A stretch of 64,000 nt of DNA from an uncultured Arcobacter sp. (GTDB lineage: Bacteria > Campylobacterota > Campylobacteria > Campylobacterales > Arcobacteraceae): positions 352,001 through 416,000 of the forward strand of contig OZ223302.1 of the NCBI GenBank assembly GCA_965140705.1, read 5' to 3'. The notes beneath the pieces are model-generated. The model was given only the letters and a program-made list of their open reading frames with translations, searched no databases and was not told the DNA's origin. A program made the position numbers and the translations under genes. Shown one piece after another: positions 10,520 through 21,185 of the stretch (its first letter is position 1; each line of letters opens with the position of its first letter).

Positions 10520-11116
10520 TTATAATTTATCTGCATTTTTAGATAAATATTCAGCAACACCTTCAGTAGTATCTTTCATACCTTCGTCACCTTTTTGCCA
10601 ACCAGCTGGACAAACTTCACCATGCTCATTAGTAAATAACATTGTATCTACCATTCTAATCATTTCATCAATGTTTCTTCCTAATGGTAAGTCATTGATT
10701 ACTGCATGTCTAACAGTTCCATCAGCGTCAATTAAGAAAGAACCTCTTAATGCAACTGATTCACCAAATAATACATCATAATCTTTTGAAATTTGTTTAC
10801 TTAAGTCAGCAACTAATGGGAATTTAACTCTTCCAATTCCACCATTTTCAACAGGAGTTTCTCTCCAAGCAAAGTGTGAGAATTGTGAATCAACAGAAAC
10901 ACCAATAACATTTACTCCTCTTTCTTTGAATTCATCAGCTCTTTTAGAGAATGCTATAATTTCAGATGGACAAACAAATGTAAAATCTAGTGGGTAAAAG
11001 AATACAACTGCACCTTTTTCACCAATGTTTTCATATAAATTAAAATCCTCAACAATTTGACCGTCTGCAAGTACAGCTGTTGCTGTAAAATCTGGAGCTT
11101 TTTTTGTAACTAACAT
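10520..11116 (-). CDS. ahpC: 2-Cys peroxiredoxin (alkyl hydroperoxide reductase C)
   Basis: YPLDFTFVCPSE and GEVCPAGW motifs. Confidence 0.96.
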   Translation of the reverse strand: MLVTKKAPDFTATAVLADGQIVEDFNLYENIGEKGAVVFFYPLDFTFVCPSEIIAFSKRADEFKERGVNVIGVSVDSQFSHFAWRETPVENGGIGRVKFPLVADLSKQISKDYDVLFGESVALRGSFLIDADGTVRHAVINDLPLGRNIDEMIRMVDTMLFTNEHGEVCPAGWQKGDEGMKDTTEGVAEYLSKNADKL

Positions 11117-11562
11117 ATTTTAATTCCTTTATTTAAGTTTTAAGTGATGTAATTATAATATAATATTCTAAAATGAACCATCAATTATAATGTTTAATTT
11201 TATATTTAAGAAAATTTTTATTTTAGGATAAAAATTATCCATAAGATAGAATACTGACTAATATTTATATATTATAACTAATACACACAAACAAAAAATT
11301 CACTACTTATATATAATAAGTATAATAAATGTGTAAAAAAGGTATACACTATTAAAAGTACAAAATTTTTATTTTTTTAACTTAAAGAGATAAATTTTAC
11401 TATTTTTAATGAAAATATACTGATTTTTTATAAAAATAGTTAATATTTCTAAAAAAAAAAGAGCAAATTTCTCTATTTTTAGTGAAAAATACTACAATAA
11501 ATTTTAAAGTTATATTTATATTTGATGTGATAGAGTTACTCAAAATATATTAAGGAGATAAA

Positions 11563-11823
11563 ATGGCAGTAGTAATTACTGATACATGTATAAGCTGTGA
11601 TGCTTGCCTTGACGAATGCCCAGTTGAAGCGATAGTTGATAATGACGAAAATCCTACAGGTGAAGATATCTATTATGTTTATGAAGACAAATGTGTTGAG
11701 TGTATAGGTCATAATGATACACCAGCATGTGCTGATGCATGTCCAACAGAAGGATGTATTGTATGGGGTGAAAATCCTGATACAGAAGGCGCTGTAGCCG
11801 GTACTCCTTGTGTAGAAGACTAA
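11563..11823 (+). CDS. fdxA: 2[4Fe-4S] ferredoxin
   Basis: CISCDACLDECP and CVECIG..C..ACP; AAGGAG SD; divergent from ahpC as in Campylobacter. Confidence 0.88.
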   Translation: MAVVITDTCISCDACLDECPVEAIVDNDENPTGEDIYYVYEDKCVECIGHNDTPACADACPTEGCIVWGENPDTEGAVAGTPCVED

Positions 11824-11935
11824 TTTAAAAAATATTTTTAACAAGTAAAAAGGTAGGTAATTTTACAATTACTTGCCTTTTTTTATTTTTTTAGATATAA
11901 TCCGCGACTTGAAATTCAAAATAGGAAAATATCAT

Positions 11936-12349
11936 ATGGAACAAACATTATCTATCATCAAACCTGATGCTGTTGCAAAAAATGTTGTAGGAAAAATCTT
12001 AGACAGATTTGAATCTGCAGGATTAAGAATTGCAGCTACAAGAAAAATGCAATTAAGTAGAGCGGATGCTGAAGCTTTTTATGCTGTACATGCTGAAAGA
12101 CCATTTTTTGGTGAATTAGTAGAATTTATGATTTCTGGACCTGTTGTAGTTTCAGTTTTAGAAGGTGACAATGCAATGTCTATCAACAGAGATTTAATGG
12201 GTGCTACTAATCCTAAAGAAGCTGCTGCTGGTACAATTAGAGCTGATTTTGCTGATTCTATTGATGCAAATGCAGTTCATGGTTCTGATTCTTTAGAGAA
12301 TGCAGCTAATGAAATTAAATTTTTCTTTTCAGATAGAGAAATCTGTTAA
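11936..12349 (+). CDS. ndk: nucleoside diphosphate kinase
   Basis: [10 protein letters not shown] and NAVHGSDS; start corrected to ATG 11936. Confidence 0.97.
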   Translation: MEQTLSIIKPDAVAKNVVGKILDRFESAGLRIAATRKMQLSRADAEAFYAVHAERPFFGELVEFMISGPVVVSVLEGDNAMSINRDLMGATNPKEAAAGTIRADFADSIDANAVHGSDSLENAANEIKFFFSDREIC

Positions 12350-12358
12350 TAATTATTT

Positions 12359-12739
12359 ATGCAAATAGAATTTAGAAAAGTCCCATTTACTCCAAAAGAG
12401 TTTACAACTGAACTTGATTCAGTTAAATTAGAGGGTACTTTTTGTAAAATGTCGCCTACATTGGCTAAAGTTGAAGCAACTTTAGTAGGTTCTACATCTG
12501 TAGATTGCTGTAGATGCGGGATTGAATACACTATAGACCTTAATGAAAATTTAGAATTTTTGTTATCAAACAGAGTGTATGAAGATGAATCTGAGTTGGA
12601 AAACTTAGTAATTGAGATAGAAAACGATATGATTGACTTTAATGAAATAATCGAAAGTGAAATTTCATCTATAAGAAGTGATTATCACATATGTGCTCTT
12701 TGTTTAGAAAATAAAGATAGTATAGAAAAAGAATATTAA
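12359..12739 (+). CDS. YceD/DUF177-like metal-binding protein
   Basis: CCRC and CALC cysteine pairs; canonical position just before rpmF. Confidence 0.7.
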   Translation: MQIEFRKVPFTPKEFTTELDSVKLEGTFCKMSPTLAKVEATLVGSTSVDCCRCGIEYTIDLNENLEFLLSNRVYEDESELENLVIEIENDMIDFNEIIESEISSIRSDYHICALCLENKDSIEKEY

Positions 12740-12751
12740 AAGGAGAATAAC

Positions 12752-12904
12752 ATGGCAGTACCAAAGAGAAGAGTGTCACACTCAAGATCAGCTAAGAGAA
12801 GAACTCACTATAAAATTACACTTAAAAGACCTGTAAAAGATAGTGATGGAACTTGGAAAATGCCTCATACGGTAAATCCAAATACTGGCGAATATAAAAA
12901 CTAA
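12752..12904 (+). CDS. rpmF: 50S ribosomal protein L32 (Cys-free type)
   Basis: Manual translation [62 protein letters not shown] overlap with plsX; not in the ORF track. Confidence 0.96.
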   Translation: MAVPKRRVSHSRSAKRRTHYKITLKRPVKDSDGTWKMPHTVNPNTGEYKN

Positions 12905-13905
12905 TGCTAAAAATAGCAATTGATGCGATGGGTGGGGACTTCGGTCCCGAACCTATTATAGACGGTTTAATAGCCGCTCTTAGAATAAATACAGCTTTTT
13001 CTGCAATCGCTGTAGGTAAAAAAGAAGAATTACTAAAACTTATCCCACCTGAATACTTAAGAAGAATAGAAATCCTTGATTGTCATGATGTTATATCTAT
13101 GCAAGACCATGCAACTGATGCACTAAAAAGAAAAGATAGCTCTATTTATCAAGCTATTGAACTTGTTAAAAACGGTCAAGCAGATGCTGTTGTTTCAGCA
13201 GGACATTCTGGAGCTTCAATGTCTTTAGCGACGTTAAGAATTGGAAGAATCAAAGGTGTTACTAGACCTGCAATTGCAACACTTATGCCAACTAGTGAAA
13301 ACCAAAATACTTTGGTATTAGATGTTGGGGCAAATGTTGATTGTGATGAAAAAAATCTATTTGAATTTGCAGTCATGGGACAAATCTATGCTCAAGATGT
13401 TTTGAAACTTGATGAACCAATTATTGGATTATTAAGTAATGGAGAAGAGGAATCAAAAGGTAACGAAGTTACTAGAGCAGCTTATGAATTATTAGCTAAC
13501 TCTCAAATAAGAAATTTTGCTGGAAATGTTGAAGGTAGTGATATCTTCAAAGGAACAGTTGATGTTGTTGTTTGTGATGGATTTATTGGAAATATTTTAT
13601 TAAAAACAGCCGAAGGTGTCGCAGATACTATTGGTCAAATATTGAAGAAAAATCTAAAAAGATCTCTAATCTCTATTGCAGGTGCTGTATTGATGAGAAA
13701 AGTCTTCAAATCGCTAAAAGTTAGAGTCGATTATGCAGAATATGGTGGAGCTCCTTTATTAGGTGTTAAAGCTCCAGTAATTATAGCCCATGGAAAATCA
13801 AATCCAAAAGCTATAAAAAATGCAATAAATCAGGCTATAAGTGCAGCGAGTTCTAGACTAGAACAAGATATAGAAGATAAACTTGCAAAATATAGAAATT
13901 TTTAA
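12904..13905 (+). CDS. plsX: phosphate acyltransferase PlsX
   Basis: [34 protein letters not shown]. Confidence 0.97.
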   Translation: MLKIAIDAMGGDFGPEPIIDGLIAALRINTAFSAIAVGKKEELLKLIPPEYLRRIEILDCHDVISMQDHATDALKRKDSSIYQAIELVKNGQADAVVSAGHSGASMSLATLRIGRIKGVTRPAIATLMPTSENQNTLVLDVGANVDCDEKNLFEFAVMGQIYAQDVLKLDEPIIGLLSNGEEESKGNEVTRAAYELLANSQIRNFAGNVEGSDIFKGTVDVVVCDGFIGNILLKTAEGVADTIGQILKKNLKRSLISIAGAVLMRKVFKSLKVRVDYAEYGGAPLLGVKAPVIIAHGKSNPKAIKNAINQAISAASSRLEQDIEDKLAKYRNF

Positions 13906-13914
13906 GGACTAAGA

Positions 13915-14913
13915 ATGGCTTATGCAGCTTTTAGATCAATAGGTGCTTATATACCAGAAAAAATCATGACAAACTTTGATTTCGAAAAAATCATGGATAC
14001 GTCTGATGAATGGATAACAAAAAGAACTGGTATTAAAGAAAGAAGGGTAGCAGCAAAGGATGAATTTCCATCTGATATGGGTGCAAATGCAGCCAGAATT
14101 GCTATTCAAAGAGCAGGAATAGACCCAGCTGACATAGACTTGATTGTTTGTTCAACTGTAACTCCTGACTACCTTTGTATGCCCTCAACTGCTTGTGTAT
14201 TAGCATCAAAATTGGGTTTAAGAGATGTGCAAGCATTTGATATGAGTGCTGCTTGTACAGGATTTATTTATGCTTTATCTGTTGCAAAAGCATTTATTGA
14301 ATCTGGTATGAAAAAAAATGTACTTATTGTTGGTGCTGAAAAATATACTTCTATCTTAAATTATGAAGATAGAGGAACAGCTTTTATTTTTGGAGATGGT
14401 GCAGGTGCAGCAATTATATCTGCAACTGATAAAAAAGAAGAAGCAATAGTTGATGTAAAATGTTCTAGTGATGGTGATTATGATCACTTAATCATGACTC
14501 CAGGTGGGGGAAGTAGAAATCCTTGTTCACCTGAAGTAGTAGAGCAAAAATTAGCATGTATCCAAATGAAGGGTGGCGAAACTTTTAAATTAGCAGTTAA
14601 AACTTTAACTTCTGATGTAAAAGAGATGTTTGAAAAACATAATTTAAAGCCTGAAGACATTAATCACTTTATTCCTCACCAAGCAAACTATAGAATTATA
14701 AAAGCTGTTGGTGAAGCATTAGGACTAAATGACGAGCAAACTGTTGTAACTGTAGATAAATATGGAAATACTTCAGCCGCTTCTATTCCTATGGCTATGA
14801 ACTATGCTTATGAACAAGGTAAAATAAAAGCTGGTGATAATGTACTTTTTGATGCATTTGGAGCTGGACTTACTTGGGGAAGCGCTTTATTCCCATTCTC
14901 ACCTAAAAAATAA
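13915..14913 (+). CDS. fabH: 3-oxoacyl-ACP synthase III
   Basis: AACTGF, PHQAN and YGNTSAAS catalytic-triad motifs. Confidence 0.97.
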   Translation: MAYAAFRSIGAYIPEKIMTNFDFEKIMDTSDEWITKRTGIKERRVAAKDEFPSDMGANAARIAIQRAGIDPADIDLIVCSTVTPDYLCMPSTACVLASKLGLRDVQAFDMSAACTGFIYALSVAKAFIESGMKKNVLIVGAEKYTSILNYEDRGTAFIFGDGAGAAIISATDKKEEAIVDVKCSSDGDYDHLIMTPGGGSRNPCSPEVVEQKLACIQMKGGETFKLAVKTLTSDVKEMFEKHNLKPEDINHFIPHQANYRIIKAVGEALGLNDEQTVVTVDKYGNTSAASIPMAMNYAYEQGKIKAGDNVLFDAFGAGLTWGSALFPFSPKK

Positions 14914-14979
14914 ATTTAAAGAGGTCAAAAACCTCTTATAAATTTTTTCTCACTTGTTAAAATTTAATCTATATTTATT

Positions 14980-15429
14980 TTAACGACTTAAAACCCAAAA
15001 TATAATACCTACAATTATCATTATTTCAAAAATATATCCTATTAATGCAATTTTATTCTTCTTTTTTAATTCCTCACTAGTCCCATTTATAATAGGCATT
15101 GTATAACAATATATTAAAGTAATAATAATATTAGGAGTAAAAATAAAAATCAAGTTTATAAATACTAAAAATAGTGTTCCTCTTAATAAAGTTTCATTCA
15201 TAAACTCTGTAAAAGGAATATATAAATAAATGATATTTAAAAAAAATAATATAATTTGAAGTATATCTATAAAGTATTTAATTACTTGTTTATAGACTTG
15301 TTTTACTATTATAGTTGAGCCACAATTAGAACATTTACTCCCTTCATTAGTTATATAAAGATTCTTAAACATTGATATAAACTTTATAGTTCTTTTATTG
15401 CATGAAGGGCAAGTCCTTTTAGGTAGCAC
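14980..15429 (-). CDS. hypothetical membrane protein with N-terminal Zn-ribbon
   Basis: CPSC...CSNC followed by about three hydrophobic segments; GTG start with AAGGA SD. Confidence 0.55.
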   Translation of the reverse strand: MLPKRTCPSCNKRTIKFISMFKNLYITNEGSKCSNCGSTIIVKQVYKQVIKYFIDILQIILFFLNIIYLYIPFTEFMNETLLRGTLFLVFINLIFIFTPNIIITLIYCYTMPIINGTSEELKKKNKIALIGYIFEIMIIVGIIFWVLSR

Positions 15430-15463
15430 AGTTTTTCCTTAAATAAAAAATGTTTTTTATCTT

Positions 15464-15907
15464 TTATTGAAATTTCTTATTATTCGGATTATTTTTAAAT
15501 ACATTTAGTGATTTATGCAAAGAAGCTTTTGAACTTGTGTTAAATTTTTCTACAGTTGCTACTGGATTTATCAATAATATTGATTCATCAATTACAATTT
15601 GAAAAACAGATTCTAAAGGAATTGTTACTGTCGATCCAAAGTTTTCAGAACCGAAACCTGCTTCAAATGAGATAAATTCATCTTCAATTTTTATAGTTGT
15701 ATAGGTATAATTACTTAGAACAAAAAGTGAGAATTTAGCTAATTTTTTTTCTATAGCACTTGGCAAAGCAGGATCAAAAGTTGCTCCATTTACATTTACT
15801 GTTATTGCAAATTCACTATTTCTTTCCAATAAAAAAACTATCATATCTTTTACTTGTTTAATCATAAGATTCTTAAATTCAACACTCTGTATTACATCAT
15901 TTACCAT
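15464..15907 (-). CDS. conserved hypothetical protein
   Basis: Open frame with AAGGA SD before ATG 15907; FEAGFG motif. Confidence 0.6.
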   Translation of the reverse strand: MVNDVIQSVEFKNLMIKQVKDMIVFLLERNSEFAITVNVNGATFDPALPSAIEKKLAKFSLFVLSNYTYTTIKIEDEFISFEAGFGSENFGSTVTIPLESVFQIVIDESILLINPVATVEKFNTSSKASLHKSLNVFKNNPNNKKFQ

Positions 15908-15950
15908 ATTTAATTCCTTTTTCCAAAAATCCATGATATTATACAAATAC

Positions 15951-16589
15951 ATGAAAACAATTACAATTATTTTACTGATTTCAACATTAATATATGGTCA
16001 TACTCTTCAATTTACTCAAAAAGATATTGCAAAAATAAAAGCTGATCCAAATGAACGTGCAATTATTATTAGAATAAAAAATTATGAAGAACTAGAAAAA
16101 AAAATAAAAAACTTCTCCACAATTAGAAAGCTTGGTCACATCAATAGTTTTTACAATCATATACTTCCTGAACAAGATAAACAAAAATATGGAATAAGTG
16201 ATTATTGGAGTACAAGAAAAGAGTTTCTAATTGCAGGTAGAGGTGATTGTGAAGATTATACTATTGCCAAATATTTTTCTCTTCTTGAAAATGGCTTTTC
16301 AAAAGATAGTCTTTTTTTAGCAGTTGTAAAAGTTAAAGGATACACTACAAACCATATGGTTTTATTCTATTTTAAATCAAAAGATGAGATTCCATATGTC
16401 CTAGATAATCTTAGTTTTAAAGTACTACCTTTAAATAAAAGACCAAGCTTGCATGTAAAAGTTATCTTCAATGAAAAGGGTTCTTTTTTAATGAATGGAT
16501 ATAAAATAGGTAAAAAAGTAAAAATCGACTGGGGTAAAAAGGATAAATGGAAAGACTTACTAAAAAGAGTTTATGTAAATAAGGAATAA
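15951..16589 (+). CDS. transglutaminase-like cysteine peptidase (BTLCP/LapG-like)
   Basis: Signal peptide; DYW, GDCEDY, HMVL and VLDNL (Cys-His-Asp triad). Confidence 0.85.
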   Translation: MKTITIILLISTLIYGHTLQFTQKDIAKIKADPNERAIIIRIKNYEELEKKIKNFSTIRKLGHINSFYNHILPEQDKQKYGISDYWSTRKEFLIAGRGDCEDYTIAKYFSLLENGFSKDSLFLAVVKVKGYTTNHMVLFYFKSKDEIPYVLDNLSFKVLPLNKRPSLHVKVIFNEKGSFLMNGYKIGKKVKIDWGKKDKWKDLLKRVYVNKE

Positions 16590-16611
16590 AATACTTCCTT
16601 ATTTTACACAG

Positions 16612-17646
16612 TTATTTTTTCTTTTTTGATACAAAAACCTCAGCAACATCTTTTGCGTATTGAAGTTCACTAGTAATTCCTACACATGAACAATTTATTT
16701 CTGATAAAACATATTTATCACTTCCATCTTCATTGTAATCCAAAATATAATCCATAGTCCAAAGAAGAGGATAATTTTGTCCATTTAGATAAGGCTTTAA
16801 ATCTTTTAGCCCATTCATTGTAAGTTCTACAACTGTTTTCCATTTTGGTTCAGTTGGTGATTCATATTTATATTTTGCCCCTGAAAATAGTGTTGCAGAA
16901 AATTGTCCCTCTTGTGGCTTTTTATGAACAACTGAGATAGGCTTATCATTTACAAGTAAAACTCTAATCTCTCCTTCAACAATTCTTTCTAAATATCTAC
17001 ATCCAACAAAACCAGTTTTTCCAGTAAAATATGCAGCATATTCTGAAATATTATCTTCAAACTTTGGTTCAAATTTATGCAAAAACTCATTAATATCATC
17101 ATAATAAAACTTTTGATTGTTTACAGCTTCTACAGAGAATATAGAACCATCTTCTTTTTTAGAGACTAAATAAACACCCTCCCCTGTTGAACCATAGTTT
17201 GTTTTTAAAACTCTTATTCCATGCTTATCCAAATCTGAGGGAAATCTTGTGGCAAAATCTGTAAAAGTATGATAAAAATAGCTTTCATCATCTCCTAATT
17301 GTGTACCTTTTAATTTGGCTAAAATATCTTTAAAATCAAGATTTATCATAACATCTGGATGAGTATGTACTGTAATACCAGAATTTCCCAAAGCCTTTAA
17401 AAACTGAAAGTACTCATCTACTTCTTTTAAATTACCAGGATTTATTCTACTTATTACTGCAACTGCTTTTTCTTTTAAATAATCTAATAAATCATATTTT
17501 CTATTTGGCCTATAAAATACAATTTCAGTCTTAAATTCTGTTACTTTTTCTATAGCTTCTAAAATTGGTTTTGTATCTGGTCGAAACCCATCAAAGCCTT
17601 TATCACTTCCTTTTGCATATTCAATTATGAATATAGTATTTTTCAT
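16612..17646 (-). CDS. Cj0069-like ATP-grasp protein
   Basis: DKGFDGFRPDT, SRINPG, GSTGEG, EGEIR, EINCSCVG. Confidence 0.75.
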   Translation of the reverse strand: MKNTIFIIEYAKGSDKGFDGFRPDTKPILEAIEKVTEFKTEIVFYRPNRKYDLLDYLKEKAVAVISRINPGNLKEVDEYFQFLKALGNSGITVHTHPDVMINLDFKDILAKLKGTQLGDDESYFYHTFTDFATRFPSDLDKHGIRVLKTNYGSTGEGVYLVSKKEDGSIFSVEAVNNQKFYYDDINEFLHKFEPKFEDNISEYAAYFTGKTGFVGCRYLERIVEGEIRVLLVNDKPISVVHKKPQEGQFSATLFSGAKYKYESPTEPKWKTVVELTMNGLKDLKPYLNGQNYPLLWTMDYILDYNEDGSDKYVLSEINCSCVGITSELQYAKDVAEVFVSKKKK

Positions 17647-17710
17647 TTTGTCTCCTTTTGTTGTCACACAAAAGGATTCTATATTAGAAAAAAAACTTTT
17701 TGGTTACAAT

Positions 17711-18274
17711 TTAATAAATAAAAGTAGGATTTTCAATTATGTCAAAATCAATCATTGCATTCATAAGTGCAAACTTTTTTGCCAATTTCAAATCTTCTAA
17801 GCTAAGGTCTTTTTCAATAATATTTTTTGATTCAAGGTATCTTTGTCTTGTAGTACCTTTTAATAAGGGGGTTTTAGGTGTATACCAATTTTCTCCATCA
17901 TATAAGGCTATATTTGCAATAGAGGTGTCAGTTAATAAAAAGTTTTTTAATATAATAATTTCATGTGCATCTTCTTTTTTTGTATAAAGTTCATCTAAAG
18001 AACTTCTATTGAGATACTTTTTTGAATACTCAATTTTATCATCATAAATTATTTTAAAACTTTTTATCTCTCTTTTTTTATATTCATCATATCTTACATC
18101 TAATATCTCATCATCATTATATATAACTTTGCATTTTAAAAGTTTACTATTTAAAGGATAGACATATTCATTTAAATCTATATTTTTCCCTATAGTATTG
18201 GATATTCTTAAATTATGAAAATTAAGATTAAAGACCTCTTTATCTTCACACTTGATTGTTTCAAAATATTCCAT
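17711..18274 (-). CDS. pabC: aminotransferase class IV, probable 4-amino-4-deoxychorismate lyase
   Basis: FETIK, TDTSIANI, PLLKGTTR; pabB lies nearby. Confidence 0.75.
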   Translation of the reverse strand: MEYFETIKCEDKEVFNLNFHNLRISNTIGKNIDLNEYVYPLNSKLLKCKVIYNDDEILDVRYDEYKKREIKSFKIIYDDKIEYSKKYLNRSSLDELYTKKEDAHEIIILKNFLLTDTSIANIALYDGENWYTPKTPLLKGTTRQRYLESKNIIEKDLSLEDLKLAKKFALMNAMIDFDIIENPTFIY

Positions 18275-18364
18275 ATCTTTGACCTAATTTTTTTATTATT
18301 TTATCAAAAAAAGTATTTTTAGTCTCTTTTTTGCTAAAATAAAAAAAATATCACTAGGCCATAA

Positions 18365-20536
18365 ATGAAATATATATTTTTCTTTCTACTTATATTTAAC
18401 TTTTTATTTGCAAATTCTCAAAAAGAGATTTTACTTTTACACTCTTATAATAGTGGATTAAAATGGAGTGATGAGATAACCAAAGGATTACAAAGTGTTA
18501 TTTCTAGATATCCAGACTATGAACTTTCAATTGAATATATGGACACTAAAAGAAACCATACTAAAGAATACTTTGATATTTTATCTTTATTATATAGTAA
18601 AAAATATTCAGATAAAAAATTTGATTTGATTATCACAGCTGATAATTATGCTTTTAATTTTGCACTTTCAAATAATAAAAAAATATTTCATAATACTCCA
18701 ATTATTTTTTGTGGTCTGGAAAACTTTGATAAAATAAAAATTCCAAATAATATGAAGAATTCTGTTACTGGTGTTATAGAATACAAAGAAATTAAAAAAA
18801 ATATTCAACTTATAAAAGATTCTATAAAAAACTTAAATACTTTATATATAATAAGTGATAATACTCTCTCTTCAAAAGCAATAAGGAAACAAATACTTGA
18901 TGCCATTGCTGAATATAAAAATAAATTTAATATTATTTTTGATACAAAAATTGATATAAAAACAGTAAATGAAAAAATCAAAAAACTTCCAAAAAATAGT
19001 GCTGTACTTTTTACAAGTTTGTATGAAGATATAAATGGAAAATTTATTTACCCTAAAGATTTAAAAAATTTATTCGAGAAATCAAAATATCCTATTTTTG
19101 CACTAAATAAAATACACTTAGGGCAAGGTATAGCTGGTGGAATTATGGTAGATCCATATGAACAAGGTAAACTAGCAGGAAATAAAGCTAACTATTTTTT
19201 AAATGGAAAACCCATTAAAGATATAGATATATTAACTCCTATATCAAAACAGTACTCTGATTACAATGTTTTAAAAAAATTTGATTTATTGAATTCAGAT
19301 ATTCTAAGACACTCAATAAGTATAAATAAACCAAAAGGTTTTTTTGAAAAAAATAGAAAACTAATAGATAGTACTTTTATTTTAATGCCTTTACTTTTTC
19401 TTTTGATTATTGGATTAATTGTTAATATTGTTAAAAAAGTCAATTTAGAAATAAAACTACTCGAACAAGCTAAGTTAGATAATGTTTTATTAAATAACAT
19501 AAAAAGTATAATTTATTGGAAAAGTAAAGAAGGTATAATTTTAGGTTGCAATGATGCATTATGTAAGCTTTTAAATCTTTCTAAAAATAAAATTGTAGGT
19601 AAAGATTTAAGTATTATTTTTCCAGAAATTTGCCAAAAAGTTGATGATAGTAAAGCATTTGTAAGTGATCTTGAAACAACCTTAAGAAATAGAAATAATG
19701 AACTTATACATGTTTTAATTAGACGAAAAAGATATTTAAATAAGAAAAATGAAGAAGCAGGAATTGTTACAATTATAAATGATATTACTGATTTGAAGAA
19801 ATTAGAAAACCAAAGAAAAAAAGATGAACAATTTATGATACAACGGTCAAAGCTTTATGAAGTAGGAGAAATGATAACTTCTGTTGCCCACCAATGGAAA
19901 GCTCCACTAATAGAGATATCAACCATAGCCCAAGAGTTACTTTATAAAAAAGATATTTCCAAAAATTCTAGCAAAGAGTTTGTTGATGAGATTATGACTC
20001 AAGTTAAATATATGACAAATACTATTGATGATTTTAGGGATTTTATAAAGCCCTCAATTAGAAAAAGTGAATTTGAAGTAAATTCTGCAATAAATCAACT
20101 CCTTAGAGTAGTCGAACATAATACAAAGTATAACTATATAAATGTGGAGATAAATTATGAAGAGGATAAGATTTACACTATATATGGTTATGCAAATGAG
20201 TTTAAACAAGCTATATTAAATATACTAAATAACTCAAAAGATAGTATTTTAAAAAGAAGACAAACAGAAGATTTCCAAGCAAAAATATCAATATCAATAT
20301 CTTCAAAAGATGACTTATTGTGTATTTCTATAAAAGACAACGGCATTGGAATAAAAAATAAAAATTTAGAAAAAATATTTGAACCATTTTTTACAAGTAA
20401 AAAAGATGGTGATGGATTTGGACTTTATATGGTAAAACTAATCATTGAAGACAAAATGAATGGCACAATAAAAGCCTTACCATCTGAAGAAGGAGCAAAT
20501 ATTTTTATCTGCATGAAAAATAGGACAGAAGAGTAA
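18365..20536 (+). CDS. sensor histidine kinase (periplasmic SBP-like sensor, TM, PAS, HisKA, HATPase)
   Basis: LLLHSY N-terminal sensor, TM segment, HQWKAP, DNGIG, GDGFGL. Confidence 0.9.
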   Translation: MKYIFFFLLIFNFLFANSQKEILLLHSYNSGLKWSDEITKGLQSVISRYPDYELSIEYMDTKRNHTKEYFDILSLLYSKKYSDKKFDLIITADNYAFNFALSNNKKIFHNTPIIFCGLENFDKIKIPNNMKNSVTGVIEYKEIKKNIQLIKDSIKNLNTLYIISDNTLSSKAIRKQILDAIAEYKNKFNIIFDTKIDIKTVNEKIKKLPKNSAVLFTSLYEDINGKFIYPKDLKNLFEKSKYPIFALNKIHLGQGIAGGIMVDPYEQGKLAGNKANYFLNGKPIKDIDILTPISKQYSDYNVLKKFDLLNSDILRHSISINKPKGFFEKNRKLIDSTFILMPLLFLLIIGLIVNIVKKVNLEIKLLEQAKLDNVLLNNIKSIIYWKSKEGIILGCNDALCKLLNLSKNKIVGKDLSIIFPEICQKVDDSKAFVSDLETTLRNRNNELIHVLIRRKRYLNKKNEEAGIVTIINDITDLKKLENQRKKDEQFMIQRSKLYEVGEMITSVAHQWKAPLIEISTIAQELLYKKDISKNSSKEFVDEIMTQVKYMTNTIDDFRDFIKPSIRKSEFEVNSAINQLLRVVEHNTKYNYINVEINYEEDKIYTIYGYANEFKQAILNILNNSKDSILKRRQTEDFQAKISISISSKDDLLCISIKDNGIGIKNKNLEKIFEPFFTSKKDGDGFGLYMVKLIIEDKMNGTIKALPSEEGANIFICMKNRTEE

Positions 20537-20537
20537 A

Positions 20538-21185
20538 ATGAAAATATTATTATTAGAAGACAATAAAAGATTATCAAAGCTTATCATTGAAGCCTTATCA
20601 GAAAAGAATTACAAAATTGATTGGTTTGAAGATGGGAGAGAGGCTTTAAATGCAGTTTATAATGGTTATGATTGTTTTATTTTAGATATAAATGTACCAG
20701 GGATAGATGGACTTAGTTTGTTAAAAGAGATTAGAGTTATGGATGAAAAAACGCCTGCAATAATTATAAGTGCCAATGTGGAATTGGAGACTATAAAAGA
20801 TGCTTATACTAATGGTTGTGATGAGTATTTAAAAAAACCTTTTTATATCTATGAATTAGAATTAAAGCTTGATAAATTTTGTAAAAAAGAAAAAGAAGTA
20901 ATAAATCTACTTGAAAACTATACTTATAATACAAGTAGTGAACTTTTGTATGATGAAAATAACCAAGAGATAAAATTGGCAAAAAAAGAGATTTTACTTT
21001 TAAATTTATTTATAAAAAATATAGACAAGATAGTTACCTTTGAACACATAGAACAGTATGTTTGGGAAGGTGATTTAACTAGCAATGAAAGTATTAGAAC
21101 ACTTGTAAAAAGACTAAGAAAAAAACTTCCAAAGGATACAATAACTTCACAAATTGGGATTGGTTATAAACTACATATTTCCTAA
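20538..21185 (+). CDS. OmpR-family response regulator
   Basis: LLLED, LDINVP, KPF, winged-helix RLRKK..GIGY. Confidence 0.92.
   Translation: MKILLLEDNKRLSKLIIEALSEKNYKIDWFEDGREALNAVYNGYDCFILDINVPGIDGLSLLKEIRVMDEKTPAIIISANVELETIKDAYTNGCDEYLKKPFYIYELELKLDKFCKKEKEVINLLENYTYNTSSELLYDENNQEIKLAKKEILLLNLFIKNIDKIVTFEHIEQYVWEGDLTSNESIRTLVKRLRKKLPKDTITSQIGIGYKLHIS

Noticed and set aside
11117..11562. Fur/PerR boxes in the ahpC-fdxA intergenic region (e.g. ggataa-aaa-ttatcc)
   Set aside because: Plausible by context, but the region is too AT-rich to assign a specific box by eye.
11536..11844. 102-aa - strand ORF
   Set aside because: Antisense to the ferredoxin gene.
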